A stretch of 62,220 nt of DNA, filler included, from an uncultured bacterium (lineage in GTDB: Bacteria; CAYSBA01): assembly GCA_964429075.1 (NCBI GenBank). It is 9 parts of 9 records of this genome, joined end to end, with 100 filler letters (N's around TTAATTAATTAA, not from the genome) between each part and the next. Parts side by side here need not be neighbours in the genome. Positions count along the whole stretch, not along the records: positions 35,230 to 41,940 come from CAYSBA010000067.1; positions 42,041 to 48,729 come from CAYSBA010000068.1; 7 more parts are not named here. One strand, given 5' to 3'. Each line of letters opens with the position of its first letter. The first letter of the stretch is position 1. The notes beneath the pieces were generated by a model. The model was not told the DNA's origin and made no database searches. It saw only the letters and a list, made by a program, of their open reading frames with translations. A program made the translations under genes and the position numbers. Positions 35,230-45,198 of this stretch are shown here, piece after piece.

Positions 35230-38200
35230 CTGTATGTTTCAGAGATCTGGATAGTGGTAGACTATACAAAGGTAGATGGAATGTATTTCACCACTTCACC
35301 ACAGATATTAAATAAAGGTCAATGCTCTGGTCCAATGACCTTTGAAGTCAGAGACATACACGGAAGCCCTGTCACTATGCTGACAGACACTAATTTTAAC
35401 CTGTCGAGTACATCGGGGGGTGGAACCTTCTATTCAGATTCTGGCTGTACAACCGCGATAACTCAGATCACCATACCTGCCGGCCAGAGTTCTGCTACAT
35501 TTTATTACAAAGACAATAATGCTGGGAATCCCACGATAACAGTTTCAGAAAATCCCAACCAGGGATGGAACGATGGTAGTCAGACTGAGACAGTAGGGAT
35601 TGCAAAGACGGTGTTCACAAATGCCCCTGTTACCATCACAGCAGGGCAGTGTTCTGGTGCGCTATCTATCCAGACACAGGATAATGGGGGTAACAGTGTG
35701 TATCCTGTTGTCGATATCACCTATGATTTGAGTTCTACCTCATCTGGTGGGAGTTTTTATTCTGATCCCTCCTGCAGTATCCAGATAAACCAGGTAACAA
35801 TGCCTGCAGGAGCCACCTCAACAACCTTTTACTACAGTGATACAGTTGCCGCAAATCCAACCATTACTGCTTCTGAGACCTCACCTGATAGAGGCTGGAC
35901 CGATGCAACCCAGACAGAGACGGTAAATCCAGGTCCACCTTCACAGACCGTCTTTTCTACCGATGTACAGTATGTATCTCAGAACAACTGTTCCAATGTA
36001 TTTACCATTCAGGTAAGGGATCAGTACGGGAATGACACCACAGTAACAGCAGATCAGCAGTACAGCCTTACAAGTAGCTCCACCACAGGCTCCTTTTTCC
36101 AAGATGCTGCCTGCGGTACCACTATTAGCACCATTACTATTACTGCAGGTAGCGGATCTGCAAATTTTTACTATCTGGATACCACCCAGGGAACCCCCAC
36201 CATAACAGCAGCCGAGACCCCAGATCAGGGATGGAACGATGCTCAGCAACAGGTAAATATAGTTGGTGTGATAGATCATATTTCATTTATAAATGATCCA
36301 AAGAATCTGAATACTGGTAGCTGTTCTTCTGCATACAGGGTGCAAGTTCAGGATGCATCTGGAAATCCTGTTGATGTAAAGAGCAATACCACAATAGATC
36401 TTACCTCAACATCGACAACCGCACAGTTCTTCTCAGATCCATCTTGTAACACAAATGTCTCGTCAATTGTAATAGCCCCATCTAACAATACAGGAGTTTT
36501 TTATTACAAAGATACCACATCAGGGATTGCTACAATAACCGCAACGGCAACCGGACAGCCTTGGAATAGTATAACAGATTCTCAAGATGTCATTGTTAAT
36601 GATCCATCTTCGAATCCACCTGTAATTTTGATTATGAGTCCACAGAGTGGAGGCATTGTTGGAGGCAAAGTAAGAATAAGGGTCTATGTATATGACAATA
36701 CTAATCAACTTGATCTTACAAAACCTGTGCAGATTGCGTTTGACTCTGCATTTAGTGGTGATTATAAGACCCTTACTACAGCTAATACAAACCTTACAAA
36801 CAGTGCCAATGAAGGTTATTACGATCTTTTATGGGATTCTGTAAATGGTATAACCGGGGATAATGGTACAACTATCGGTGCGTATGGTCCAAACTACACA
36901 GGAAGTGTAAGATTATATGTAAGGAGTTATGATGATCTTGGAAATGTATCTGTAAAGGTTGTAACAGTTACAGTTAAAAATAGCGGTTCAAAACCGCTTG
37001 GTGATGGGAGGTTGCTAAGAAGAGAATTTTCAAGCCAGCTATGTTTTGACTGTCACAATGTAAAGACCCATTCTGCAAACAATACAGATTTCAGATATGG
37101 TACATGGGCACTGAACTGTCTCGACTGTCATACACCACATAAAACTAAGAATGTATACCTGATAAAAGAATCAATAGAAACACCAAATAGTGGTACAAAG
37201 AGTGTTGATTTTAGATATCCAGAAGAGGGTGTTGCAGACTATGGACTTGCAGAGGCAAATGATCCACCGGGTAGTAATGGTAAGCAGGCTGGTAATGGAA
37301 TTTGCGAGATCTGTCATACCAAGACTGTAAGGTTTACAAACACAGGAGATGGTCCAAATGGACACTTTACTTTCAAATGTACTGGATGTCATAGCCATAC
37401 AAATGGTTTCAAAGGTCGAGAGAGTACAGGTGGTGAGTCCTGTAGTTGCCATCCGAATGTATATAAACCAATGGATTATACAAGTGGCAATACCTCGGGT
37501 TACCATCACAGTATCGAGACTATTCAACCAACCTATTTTACAGACACAACACCAACTCCTGATAATACAGTTGTAGACACAAATTGTTTGCAGTGTCATG
37601 TGGATCACGATCTATTCAATCCAAATGTGGATGCTACAAATAGAAGGGCTTACAATTTAAGAAAGAGTGTCTCTTCAACTCCTGTAAGCAATGCTGATGC
37701 AATAAACACTGACTTTATCTCAGGTGGACCAAACTATGGTCCATGTATAGATTGTCATCAGTTTTCACAGCAGAAATCTACAAGTGGTGTAAAGTCTGAT
37801 GGAACAACTCAGACTCCTGTAATAGATGGAGCAAGCTTTGACTCATCAAGTCACAACTACACAGCCGGAGTGACCTCTACCTTCAGTGATGGTACAACCT
37901 TCAATGGGAACTGTGTAAAATGCCATAATGACAACCTTCAGAAGTGGATGCAGCAGGGAAGTAATCCGAAGTTTTCACTACATGATTCAGACAGGCGACA
38001 TATGTTGAGTGACAATGAGAGTGCTGACGGTGGGACTGGATCGCCAACTGCTGGTGCCGCAGAGAGTACATATAACTCTTTAGAAGAGAATCTCTGCTTT
38101 TTGTGTCATGAAAATAGTACAAATCCAACAACCGATATATATGGCAACCCTATGTCTGCAAGATCAAAGACCTTACAACAGGCAGTATCGGATACTAGGA

Positions 38201-39564
38201 CCTCTTACCACCCAGTAACCGACAGTACTATGGCAGGCAGACATAAGGCAGTAGAGGCAGATACAAGGGGATGGATGCCAAGTGGTCAAAGGCATGTGGA
38301 GTGTGAGGATTGCCACAATCCTCATGCAGCTAATTCAACAACACCATGGAAGGGTGCCCGTGGTGTGGTGGTAGATACAACCACACTATCGGATGGTACA
38401 ATGAAGGATACGGATTATACAGGTGTAACTGACAATCCATCCTCTCAGTATCAGGTGTGTCTGAAGTGTCACTCAAAGTGGGCTTGGGATACGGGGACAC
38501 CACCAGATGTACCATCCGGACCACCTTATGGGAGTCAAACATGGGTAGAGACAGATGTTGGTGAAGATTTTGATCCAGACAATTATGCATATCACCCAAT
38601 TTTCAAGAAGGGTAGAAATCAGCCGTTAAAGGTCTCAGGCACAGGTACATCGTACTACAATCCTAATTGGCCTAAATATACAACAGGGACTGCCTCTACC
38701 GATGGGGTAAATCCGATTGTAACAATAAGTGGTGGTTCTATACCAGCTGGAGTAACCCAGGGGTGGTGGATCTATCTCGGCAGCACCAATCCACCATCAT
38801 CTACAAATACAGGTTGGTATAAAATACAGTCTCGTGATTCAAATACTCAACTTACTTTGACAACAGTTCCACCAGCTTACAGTGGAGCATATACTATAAC
38901 CTCTGGCCTTAAAGCAAACTTTACAGATGGATGGGGACCGGACAGTATACTCGAATGTACCGATTGCCATACAGACTCAGATACTAATAACGCAAGGGGA
39001 CCACACGGATCAAGTGCGAAATGGCTTTTAGCAAAGCAGAGACCGGATGTGACAGCAACAGATATAAACGGCACTGTATACTACCCCAATTGTGGCAATG
39101 GTATAACTACTCCATGCAGCTCTGCAAGTCTTGCCTATCCAGACAACTTCTGTACAAACTGCCATAGAGGTGATGTTTATGGTAGAGGTATTAAAAGTAA
39201 ATCTGATAGGAATTTGGCATCATATAGTCGAATAGGACATATGGATCAAACAGATAGTGACTGCTTTGGTACAAATGCAGAGACAGGCAAGGGTACCCGC
39301 TGGCCAATAGGATGTATGAACTGTCATGGAGGAGATTCACCTGGTGGAATACATGGATCAAACAGAGGCCCAGGTACAACTGGAGACGAGATGGGAAAAC
39401 GATTTACAAATGGCTCTTCCTGGCAGGCTCATATACTTGGAGACTCTGCTGGAAGTGTGGGATGCATAAACAAATCGCAGCCTGACGATCTTACCACCTG
39501 CACAAAACACCAGCTTAATAATCCAAAGTATATAACACCTAATTATTATTACCCCTGGGAATGA
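35230..39564 (+). CDS. giant extracellular-type multiheme cytochrome c with Ig-like repeats (5' truncated)
   Basis: Frame open from the contig start; four ~110-aa Thr/Ser-rich repeats plus a further Ig-like domain; 13 canonical CxxCH and one CSCH. Confidence 0.9.
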   Translation: MYVSEIWIVVDYTKVDGMYFTTSPQILNKGQCSGPMTFEVRDIHGSPVTMLTDTNFNLSSTSGGGTFYSDSGCTTAITQITIPAGQSSATFYYKDNNAGNPTITVSENPNQGWNDGSQTETVGIAKTVFTNAPVTITAGQCSGALSIQTQDNGGNSVYPVVDITYDLSSTSSGGSFYSDPSCSIQINQVTMPAGATSTTFYYSDTVAANPTITASETSPDRGWTDATQTETVNPGPPSQTVFSTDVQYVSQNNCSNVFTIQVRDQYGNDTTVTADQQYSLTSSSTTGSFFQDAACGTTISTITITAGSGSANFYYLDTTQGTPTITAAETPDQGWNDAQQQVNIVGVIDHISFINDPKNLNTGSCSSAYRVQVQDASGNPVDVKSNTTIDLTSTSTTAQFFSDPSCNTNVSSIVIAPSNNTGVFYYKDTTSGIATITATATGQPWNSITDSQDVIVNDPSSNPPVILIMSPQSGGIVGGKVRIRVYVYDNTNQLDLTKPVQIAFDSAFSGDYKTLTTANTNLTNSANEGYYDLLWDSVNGITGDNGTTIGAYGPNYTGSVRLYVRSYDDLGNVSVKVVTVTVKNSGSKPLGDGRLLRREFSSQLCFDCHNVKTHSANNTDFRYGTWALNCLDCHTPHKTKNVYLIKESIETPNSGTKSVDFRYPEEGVADYGLAEANDPPGSNGKQAGNGICEICHTKTVRFTNTGDGPNGHFTFKCTGCHSHTNGFKGRESTGGESCSCHPNVYKPMDYTSGNTSGYHHSIETIQPTYFTDTTPTPDNTVVDTNCLQCHVDHDLFNPNVDATNRRAYNLRKSVSSTPVSNADAINTDFISGGPNYGPCIDCHQFSQQKSTSGVKSDGTTQTPVIDGASFDSSSHNYTAGVTSTFSDGTTFNGNCVKCHNDNLQKWMQQGSNPKFSLHDSDRRHMLSDNESADGGTGSPTAGAAESTYNSLEENLCFLCHENSTNPTTDIYGNPMSARSKTLQQAVSDTRTSYHPVTDSTMAGRHKAVEADTRGWMPSGQRHVECEDCHNPHAANSTTPWKGARGVVVDTTTLSDGTMKDTDYTGVTDNPSSQYQVCLKCHSKWAWDTGTPPDVPSGPPYGSQTWVETDVGEDFDPDNYAYHPIFKKGRNQPLKVSGTGTSYYNPNWPKYTTGTASTDGVNPIVTISGGSIPAGVTQGWWIYLGSTNPPSSTNTGWYKIQSRDSNTQLTLTTVPPAYSGAYTITSGLKANFTDGWGPDSILECTDCHTDSDTNNARGPHGSSAKWLLAKQRPDVTATDINGTVYYPNCGNGITTPCSSASLAYPDNFCTNCHRGDVYGRGIKSKSDRNLASYSRIGHMDQTDSDCFGTNAETGKGTRWPIGCMNCHGGDSPGGIHGSNRGPGTTGDEMGKRFTNGSSWQAHILGDSAGSVGCINKSQPDDLTTCTKHQLNNPKYITPNYYYPWE
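35284..36600 (+). repeat. four tandem ~330-bp coding repeats (Ig-like domains with a conserved Cys pair)
   Basis: Recurring CS...QV.D..GN.V...L.S.S..G.F.SD..C...I..G....FYY.D...G.PTIT units. Confidence 0.8.
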
Positions 39565-40739
39565 AACGATTCTTTTTTCTCTTCACCTCAAGAAGGTTTG
39601 CGATCTACCTGTTTTCCATTGAGGTTGGTTTTTTGCTTCTTGGTGGTATGAGGCAGACCTTGAATTTGCCAATACCATCTGTTGAGGAAATTGTATATAG
39701 CCCGCCTTTTATTCTATGCACCATTTTTTTGGTGATATCTACAATTTTATGCAACATCAGAAGGTTTAGTAATCTCTATGGGGAGGTATCTTCGGGTACA
39801 TATTTTAAAGAATTTGATAGATTTTTTTCAAAAAGATTAAAAGACACAAAGAAATTTTTAAAACTTTCATGTGATAAGGATGAAAATGTTGTATACCTAA
39901 GGGGTCTGACCGGCCTTATTTTTTCTGCAATTTTTCATCTTTCTATTGTGGTTTTCCTCATTGGGATATTAATCGAATCAAGGGTTATTGATGTCTATGA
40001 GGTAATACTTGCAGAAGGACAGGATTTAAAAGGCTGTGATACAGGGTTTGTTAAGAAGATAAGAGGAAGGTTTAAGCAAGATGAGTGTAAATCGTTAATA
40101 GATGGCGGATTGAGACTTATAAAATATATGGATTATAAAGATCCTGTAACAGGTTATCCTAAAAAGGGGATCGAGCTTTTTTTTTATAGGTCTCAAAATC
40201 GAGGTATGAGTTTTGTCAACAGACCATTAAAGATTGGCAACAGAGTATACCAATTACACAGAGCAGGTGTGTCACCAGATCTTGTAATAAAGGATATAAA
40301 GACTAATAGGATTATCTTTAATGGGTTAATAAACATAAGAGTGACCGGAGAAACAATGGATGCATTCGATGTGCCAGATACAGACCTATCAATAATCTTT
40401 AAGGGAGAGTTCCCAGATACAGAGATAGAAATCTTTGAAGGGCCAAAGATGCTCTACAGTGGCAAGGTCAAGTTAAATCAACCATTTTTTGTTGGCGGAT
40501 TTGAATTTATAATCCTTGATGTGAGAAACTGGGCCTCCTTTCTTATGTACTATGATAGAGAATACAGCATTGTTTTGATTTCTCTTTTTACAGGTATGAT
40601 CGCCCTTTTTCTAAGACAGTTCTTCCCATGGATTGCTTTTTTTGTTAGAAAGGATCAAATTTACAAGATAAGAGTCTGGAATGGTGTATATGATCGAGAA
40701 ACCATAGTTAAAAAAGTAGAGGATGAATTATGTGGATAG
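39561..40739 (+). CDS. resB: cytochrome c biogenesis protein ResB/Ccs1 (system II)
   Basis: FTSRRFAIYL start, STILCNIRR, FHLSIVVFLIG (conserved TM His), VNRPLKIG, C-terminal TM; next to ccsA. Confidence 0.75.
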   Translation: MKRFFFLFTSRRFAIYLFSIEVGFLLLGGMRQTLNLPIPSVEEIVYSPPFILCTIFLVISTILCNIRRFSNLYGEVSSGTYFKEFDRFFSKRLKDTKKFLKLSCDKDENVVYLRGLTGLIFSAIFHLSIVVFLIGILIESRVIDVYEVILAEGQDLKGCDTGFVKKIRGRFKQDECKSLIDGGLRLIKYMDYKDPVTGYPKKGIELFFYRSQNRGMSFVNRPLKIGNRVYQLHRAGVSPDLVIKDIKTNRIIFNGLINIRVTGETMDAFDVPDTDLSIIFKGEFPDTEIEIFEGPKMLYSGKVKLNQPFFVGGFEFIILDVRNWASFLMYYDREYSIVLISLFTGMIALFLRQFFPWIAFFVRKDQIYKIRVWNGVYDRETIVKKVEDELCG

Positions 40740-41509
40740 TACTTATTACAATTTTGATAGGTCTATATGGTCTTGCGACCTTCTGGGGTTACATCAGTAA
40801 TCTTTTCAAAAGAGGTAGCAGATATTCGATAGCTCTTCTTATTGCGGGATATGCTTTTCATCTTTTTCTTGTAATTTTTAGGTGGTATTCAACAGGTCAT
40901 ATCCCAGCACTCGGTTCGTATGAAAATGCACTCTTTGGGTCGTTTTTCATCCCTACCACCTTTTTAGTAATGTTTAAAAAGATAAAAGAGCCAGTAAGAT
41001 TTTTACCCTTTGTCTCCATTGCTACATTGATTATGCTATCCTTTGGAATAAATCCATCGAGTGAGATAAATCCCCTTCCACCTGCCTTTCAGAGTGGATG
41101 GATATATATACATATCATATTTGCATGGTTATCATGGGGTAGCTACCTGATTGCATCTGTTATAGGAGGTTTTCTTATTTATTTACTTTATAAAAAGAAA
41201 GAAAAAAGACCACAACTTGAAAAGATAATAAAAAAGTTAATACTCTTTGGGTTTCCTGCACAGGGTCTTATGATTGTAAGTGGTGCCATCTGGGCCAAGA
41301 AACTTTGGGGTAGTTACTGGAACTGGGACCCAATAGAGACATGGTCATTAATATCTTGGATGATTTATGGACTTTATCTTCATCTTAGATTGACCCTAAA
41401 ATTTAGGTATGTCTATTCAATATGGTATGTAGTGATTGCAATCCTGACAAACATCATCTATTTCTGGGGAGTCGGCTTTGTACCAAAGACCCACACAATG
41501 CTTTTATAG
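40730..41509 (+). CDS. ccsA: cytochrome c biogenesis protein CcsA/ResC (system II)
   Basis: RWYSTGHIP...YE, WIYIHI, GAIWAKKLWGSYWNWDPIETWSLISWMIY..YLH (WWD domain). Confidence 0.93.
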   Translation: MWIVLITILIGLYGLATFWGYISNLFKRGSRYSIALLIAGYAFHLFLVIFRWYSTGHIPALGSYENALFGSFFIPTTFLVMFKKIKEPVRFLPFVSIATLIMLSFGINPSSEINPLPPAFQSGWIYIHIIFAWLSWGSYLIASVIGGFLIYLLYKKKEKRPQLEKIIKKLILFGFPAQGLMIVSGAIWAKKLWGSYWNWDPIETWSLISWMIYGLYLHLRLTLKFRYVYSIWYVVIAILTNIIYFWGVGFVPKTHTMLL

Positions 41510-41940
41510 TAGTAGTGTATTTGTGATTTTTATGATGCTGGCCCCTATATGTCTCCATAGCTGTCGGATCTCTGATACTGAGAGGGATGTTAGAGATACG
41601 ATTATAAAGTACAATGATTACCTTGTGGATGCATACTCAAGGCCAGATCCAGAAATTATGAGACCCTTTGTTTCACAAAAAGAGTTCATAAGGATTCAAC
41701 AATACATATTATACAATCTTACAAAGGGTCAAAAGTTGATTATGTGGCCCAAAAGGCTTGATTTTAAAAGCTGTAATATTAAAGAAAAAAAAGCATCATG
41801 TATATTAAAGGAGAGATGGATATATCGGATGGTTGATAAGGATACTGGCGTAAAAAAAGGAAAGGACATAGAGATTGTCTACAAGACTGAGTATATCTTA
41901 AAGAAGATTGAAGCAAAAAAGGATATTGATGAAAGCCGTA
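41478..41940 (+). CDS. hypothetical lipoprotein downstream of ccsA (3' truncated, start uncertain)
   Basis: LHSC lipobox-like motif; NTF2-like pattern (helices, then ERWIY...IVYKTEYIL); runs into the linker. Confidence 0.5.
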
Positions 41941-42040
41941 NNNNNNNNNNNNNNNNNNNNNNNNNNNNNNNNNNNNNNNNNNNNTTAATTAATTAANNNN
42001 NNNNNNNNNNNNNNNNNNNNNNNNNNNNNNNNNNNNNNNN
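41941..42040. other. artificial contig linker
   Basis: N44-TTAATTAATTAA-N44. Confidence 0.98.
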
Positions 42041-42042
42041 CA

Positions 42043-42390
42043 TGGGAGTTGATAAAGCACTGTGTTCTTTTAAAAGAAGAAGATATGTTTCTTTTTATAG
42101 GCTATCCAGAGCATATTGTTGCAGACGATAAATATAGATCTGAAGAATTCAAAGAGAGACTCTCCTCTCTATTAGAAAGAATAAGTGGAATAAGGGTAGC
42201 CATCCGTTTTGTGAGATTAGACAGGCAGACAAAAAAGGGCAAAGAAAACATAGCAACCCTATATCAGAGGATGCTGGAGCGGCAGAAAGAGGAGGTAAGG
42301 GAAAAGATAGAATCTTCCGAGAGGATTAGAAAGGTTCTTGAAGTTCTTGATGCTGAGATAGAAGATATATTTATAAATGGAGAAAGTTAA
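42043..42390 (+). CDS. dnaX: probable C-terminus of DNA polymerase III gamma/tau (5' truncated)
   Basis: Tail RIRKVLEVLDAEIEDI matches typical DnaX C-termini; position directly upstream of recR. Confidence 0.55.
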   Translation, partial: WELIKHCVLLKEEDMFLFIGYPEHIVADDKYRSEEFKERLSSLLERISGIRVAIRFVRLDRQTKKGKENIATLYQRMLERQKEEVREKIESSERIRKVLEVLDAEIEDIFINGES

Positions 42391-42405
42391 AGATTTTCAT
42401 TTAAT

Positions 42406-43020
42406 ATGGACAGGGAGTTAAAGAGACTAAAAGAACTTTTGATGCAGCTACCAGGTGTAGGTAGAAAGACAGCTTCAAGATATCTTCTACATATACTGAG
42501 GTCAGGGCCGGAGTATTCAAAGGATCTATCTCAGCTCTTTATACAGGTCTCCGAACGACTGAAGATGTGTAGCAATTGTAGAGACTTTACAATCGACGAC
42601 CTGTGCCAGATATGTATGGATCAATCACGAAAACCGGATAAACTCTGTATTGTAGAGACATCTCAGGATTTAGAGGTCATAGAAGACATCGGTATCTTTG
42701 ATGGTCTCTATTTTGTGCTTCATGGGCTTCTTGATCCGGCGGCAAAAATGGGTCCTGAAGAACTCGGTATACCTCATTTGAAAGAACAGATACTAAAAAG
42801 AAGGCCTGATGAGATAATAATTGCACTCGATTATACCTTTCTTGGAGATGCAACATCAGATTTTTTAACTGAAACAATTAAAGAGATAATGCCAGATGTT
42901 GTAATAACAAGACCTTCTGTAGGAGTTCCTGTTGGTGGTGATCTGGAATATCTTGACAGCAATACCCTAAAAATGGCATTTAGAAACAGAGGTCCGATAG
43001 ATATATCGATACTGGACTAA
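42406..43020 (+). CDS. recR: recombination mediator RecR
   Basis: LPGVGRKTASR HhH, CSNC...CQIC Zn finger, LCIVE, YFVLHG, GVPVGGDLEYLD. Confidence 0.95.
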   Translation: MDRELKRLKELLMQLPGVGRKTASRYLLHILRSGPEYSKDLSQLFIQVSERLKMCSNCRDFTIDDLCQICMDQSRKPDKLCIVETSQDLEVIEDIGIFDGLYFVLHGLLDPAAKMGPEELGIPHLKEQILKRRPDEIIIALDYTFLGDATSDFLTETIKEIMPDVVITRPSVGVPVGGDLEYLDSNTLKMAFRNRGPIDISILD

Positions 43021-43051
43021 TTGTGTTTTTTTGTGATATAGTTTCCATACC

Positions 43052-43531
43052 ATGGAGAGACTGGTTTTATTTGAAGAGGATGTTGACAGACTTGAGAGCA
43101 TCTGTGCAAAATTGGCAGGTGATCTCGGTGCATCTTTAATCTTTATCGTGGATAGAAACGGCAGACTGATTGCCTATGCATCACCACATGATGCTAATCA
43201 TTTCGATCTTACCTCCCTTGCTTCTCTTGCATCTGGTAACATAGCATCAAGTAGAGGTGTAGCAAGGCTGATTGGAGAAGATGCCTTCCATGAAACGGTC
43301 TATGAGGGAAACAGAGAGAATATGTACATCTCCATGATTGATAATGAAAATGCACTAGTAATAATTTTTAACAGAACCATTTCGCTGGGTCTTGTCAGGG
43401 TAAAGGCGCAGAAAACCCGAGCTCTCCTTGCCGATACATTTAAGGATATCAGCAAAAAGAATATTGGTGGAAAGATGGCAACGCCCCTTGATGATATTAC
43501 TGAAGATGATATTGACAAATTGTTTAGCTAA
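43052..43531 (+). CDS. mglB: MglB roadblock/LC7 GAP protein
   Basis: VDRNGRLIA, DLTSLASLASGNIA, LARL-like VARLIGE, SLGLVRVK, acidic C-helix ITEDDIDKLF; precedes mglA. Confidence 0.92.
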   Translation: MERLVLFEEDVDRLESICAKLAGDLGASLIFIVDRNGRLIAYASPHDANHFDLTSLASLASGNIASSRGVARLIGEDAFHETVYEGNRENMYISMIDNENALVIIFNRTISLGLVRVKAQKTRALLADTFKDISKKNIGGKMATPLDDITEDDIDKLFS

Positions 43532-43533
43532 TT

Positions 43534-44121
43534 ATGCCATTTATAAATAACAAAAAAAGAGAGATCACCTGTAAGATAGTCTACTACGGGCCGGGGCTTT
43601 CCGGGAAGACTACCAACATAAAGGATATCCATAAAAGAGCAAATCCTGCTACAAGGGGTGATATCATCTCTCTCGAAACCGACACCGAAAGGACCCTTTT
43701 CTTTGACTATATGCCTCTATCTCTGGGTAAGATCAGGGGCTACAATATAAGATTACAGCTCTTTACGACACCCGGGCAGATATTCTATCAGGCAAGCAGG
43801 AAATTGATCTTAAAAGGTGTTGATGGCATTGTCTTTGTTGCTGATTCTCAGGAGATGAGGCTTGCATCCAATGAAGAGTGCTGGGAAGACATGCTTGCCA
43901 ATCTAGATGAATATGGTTACAGGTTTGAAGATATTCCTACAGTTATTCAGTATAATAAGAGGGACCTACCAACAGCCCTACCGGTTGCTGAACTAAGATC
44001 AATACTTAACCCGAACGGTCTTAAAGACTTCTCTGCAATAGCCACAAAGGGTATCGGAACTCAGGAGACATTAAAAGCTGTGGCCAGAATGGTACTCCTT
44101 AAGTTGAAAAGTGGTTCATAA
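43534..44121 (+). CDS. mglA: MglA small Ras-like GTPase
   Basis: CKIVYYGPGLSGKTTN, TERTLFFD, PGQIFYQASRKLILKGVDGIVFVADSQ, QYNKRDLP. Confidence 0.95.
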   Translation: MPFINNKKREITCKIVYYGPGLSGKTTNIKDIHKRANPATRGDIISLETDTERTLFFDYMPLSLGKIRGYNIRLQLFTTPGQIFYQASRKLILKGVDGIVFVADSQEMRLASNEECWEDMLANLDEYGYRFEDIPTVIQYNKRDLPTALPVAELRSILNPNGLKDFSAIATKGIGTQETLKAVARMVLLKLKSGS

Positions 44122-44123
44122 AG

Positions 44124-44360
44124 GTGCAGCAGGGCAGAAACGATACAATAAGTTTTAAGGGTATAAGATACCATATACAGACAGAGGATACGGGCAGGAG
44201 GATAGAGACTCATATATATGTTGGGGGTAGTATTATTAAAAGTTATTTTACAGATTATGATCCTAAAACCACAAATGATACAGAAATAAAGTCAATATTG
44301 TTGAATCAACACAAACAGGCATTCAAGGACATAAAAAATGGAAAGATTAAGACTCCCTGA
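44124..44360 (+). CDS. small hypothetical protein (YHIQTED motif)
   Basis: G.N..I...G..YHIQTED.G...THIYVGG.I...QHK pattern, which I recall from deltaproteobacterial hypothetical proteins. Confidence 0.65.
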   Translation: MQQGRNDTISFKGIRYHIQTEDTGRRIETHIYVGGSIIKSYFTDYDPKTTNDTEIKSILLNQHKQAFKDIKNGKIKTP

Positions 44361-45198
44361 ACTTCAATATCCAGTTGACAACCCTGAAAGATTACGTGTT
44401 TTAAGTACCCATTTCAGGATGGCAATTTTGATTATGCTTAATAATGCAGGCTCAGGTCATCTTGGTGGATCCCTCTCTGCAATAGATATCCTTACAACAC
44501 TGTATCTTGGTGTTATGAAGATAAAACCAAATGATCCGTCCTGGCCAGAGCGGGATATCTTTGTACTTTCAAAAGGTCACGCAGCACCAGCACTATATGT
44601 GATACTATCCTACCTTGGATATTTCCCTCAGGAGGAACTCCTTACCCTCAGAAGGATTGATTCCCATCTACAGGGACATCCATCAATTGTTACTCCAGGC
44701 ATTGAAGCACCTACAGGGTCTCTTGGACAGGGTCTTAGTATTGCAAAGGGTATGGCCCTTGCTGCAAGGGTAAAAAAAGGATTAGAAAACAGAAGGGTAT
44801 TTGCACTGCTTGGTGATGGTGAATGTCAGGAGGGGCAGATATGGGAGGCAGCGATGTCTGCAGCACATTACGGGCTGAACAATCTTATTGCCATAGTTGA
44901 CTATAATAATCTTCAGATAGATGGAAGTGTGAGTGATGTAAAAGAAATTGCTCCACTTGCTGACAAATGGCGTGCCTTTGGTTGGGATGCATTTGAAGTA
45001 GATGGACATGATCATAAAAAATTACTTGATCTTTTAAAAAGCCTTAAAAGAGATGCCAAAAGGCCATCTGTTGTTATTGCAAGAACAATAAAGGGCAAGG
45101 GTGTCTCAATCTTTGAAAATAAGGTAAAATACCATGGTGTAGCACCAACAGATAAAGAGCTTGAAATTGCCTTAAATGAATTAATGGAGACTCTGTAA
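44338..45198 (+). CDS. transketolase, N-terminal (TPP-binding) subunit
   Basis: SGHLGGSLS, LSKGHAAP, LQGHP, TGSLGQG, GDGECQEGQIWEA, TIKGKG. Confidence 0.95.
   Translation: MERLRLPELQYPVDNPERLRVLSTHFRMAILIMLNNAGSGHLGGSLSAIDILTTLYLGVMKIKPNDPSWPERDIFVLSKGHAAPALYVILSYLGYFPQEELLTLRRIDSHLQGHPSIVTPGIEAPTGSLGQGLSIAKGMALAARVKKGLENRRVFALLGDGECQEGQIWEAAMSAAHYGLNNLIAIVDYNNLQIDGSVSDVKEIAPLADKWRAFGWDAFEVDGHDHKKLLDLLKSLKRDAKRPSVVIARTIKGKGVSIFENKVKYHGVAPTDKELEIALNELMETL

Noticed and set aside
34242-39564. One continuous cytochrome island joining the Mo-enzyme operon and the giant cytochrome
   Set aside because: They are on different contigs separated by the linker at 35130-35229; the order reflects size sorting.
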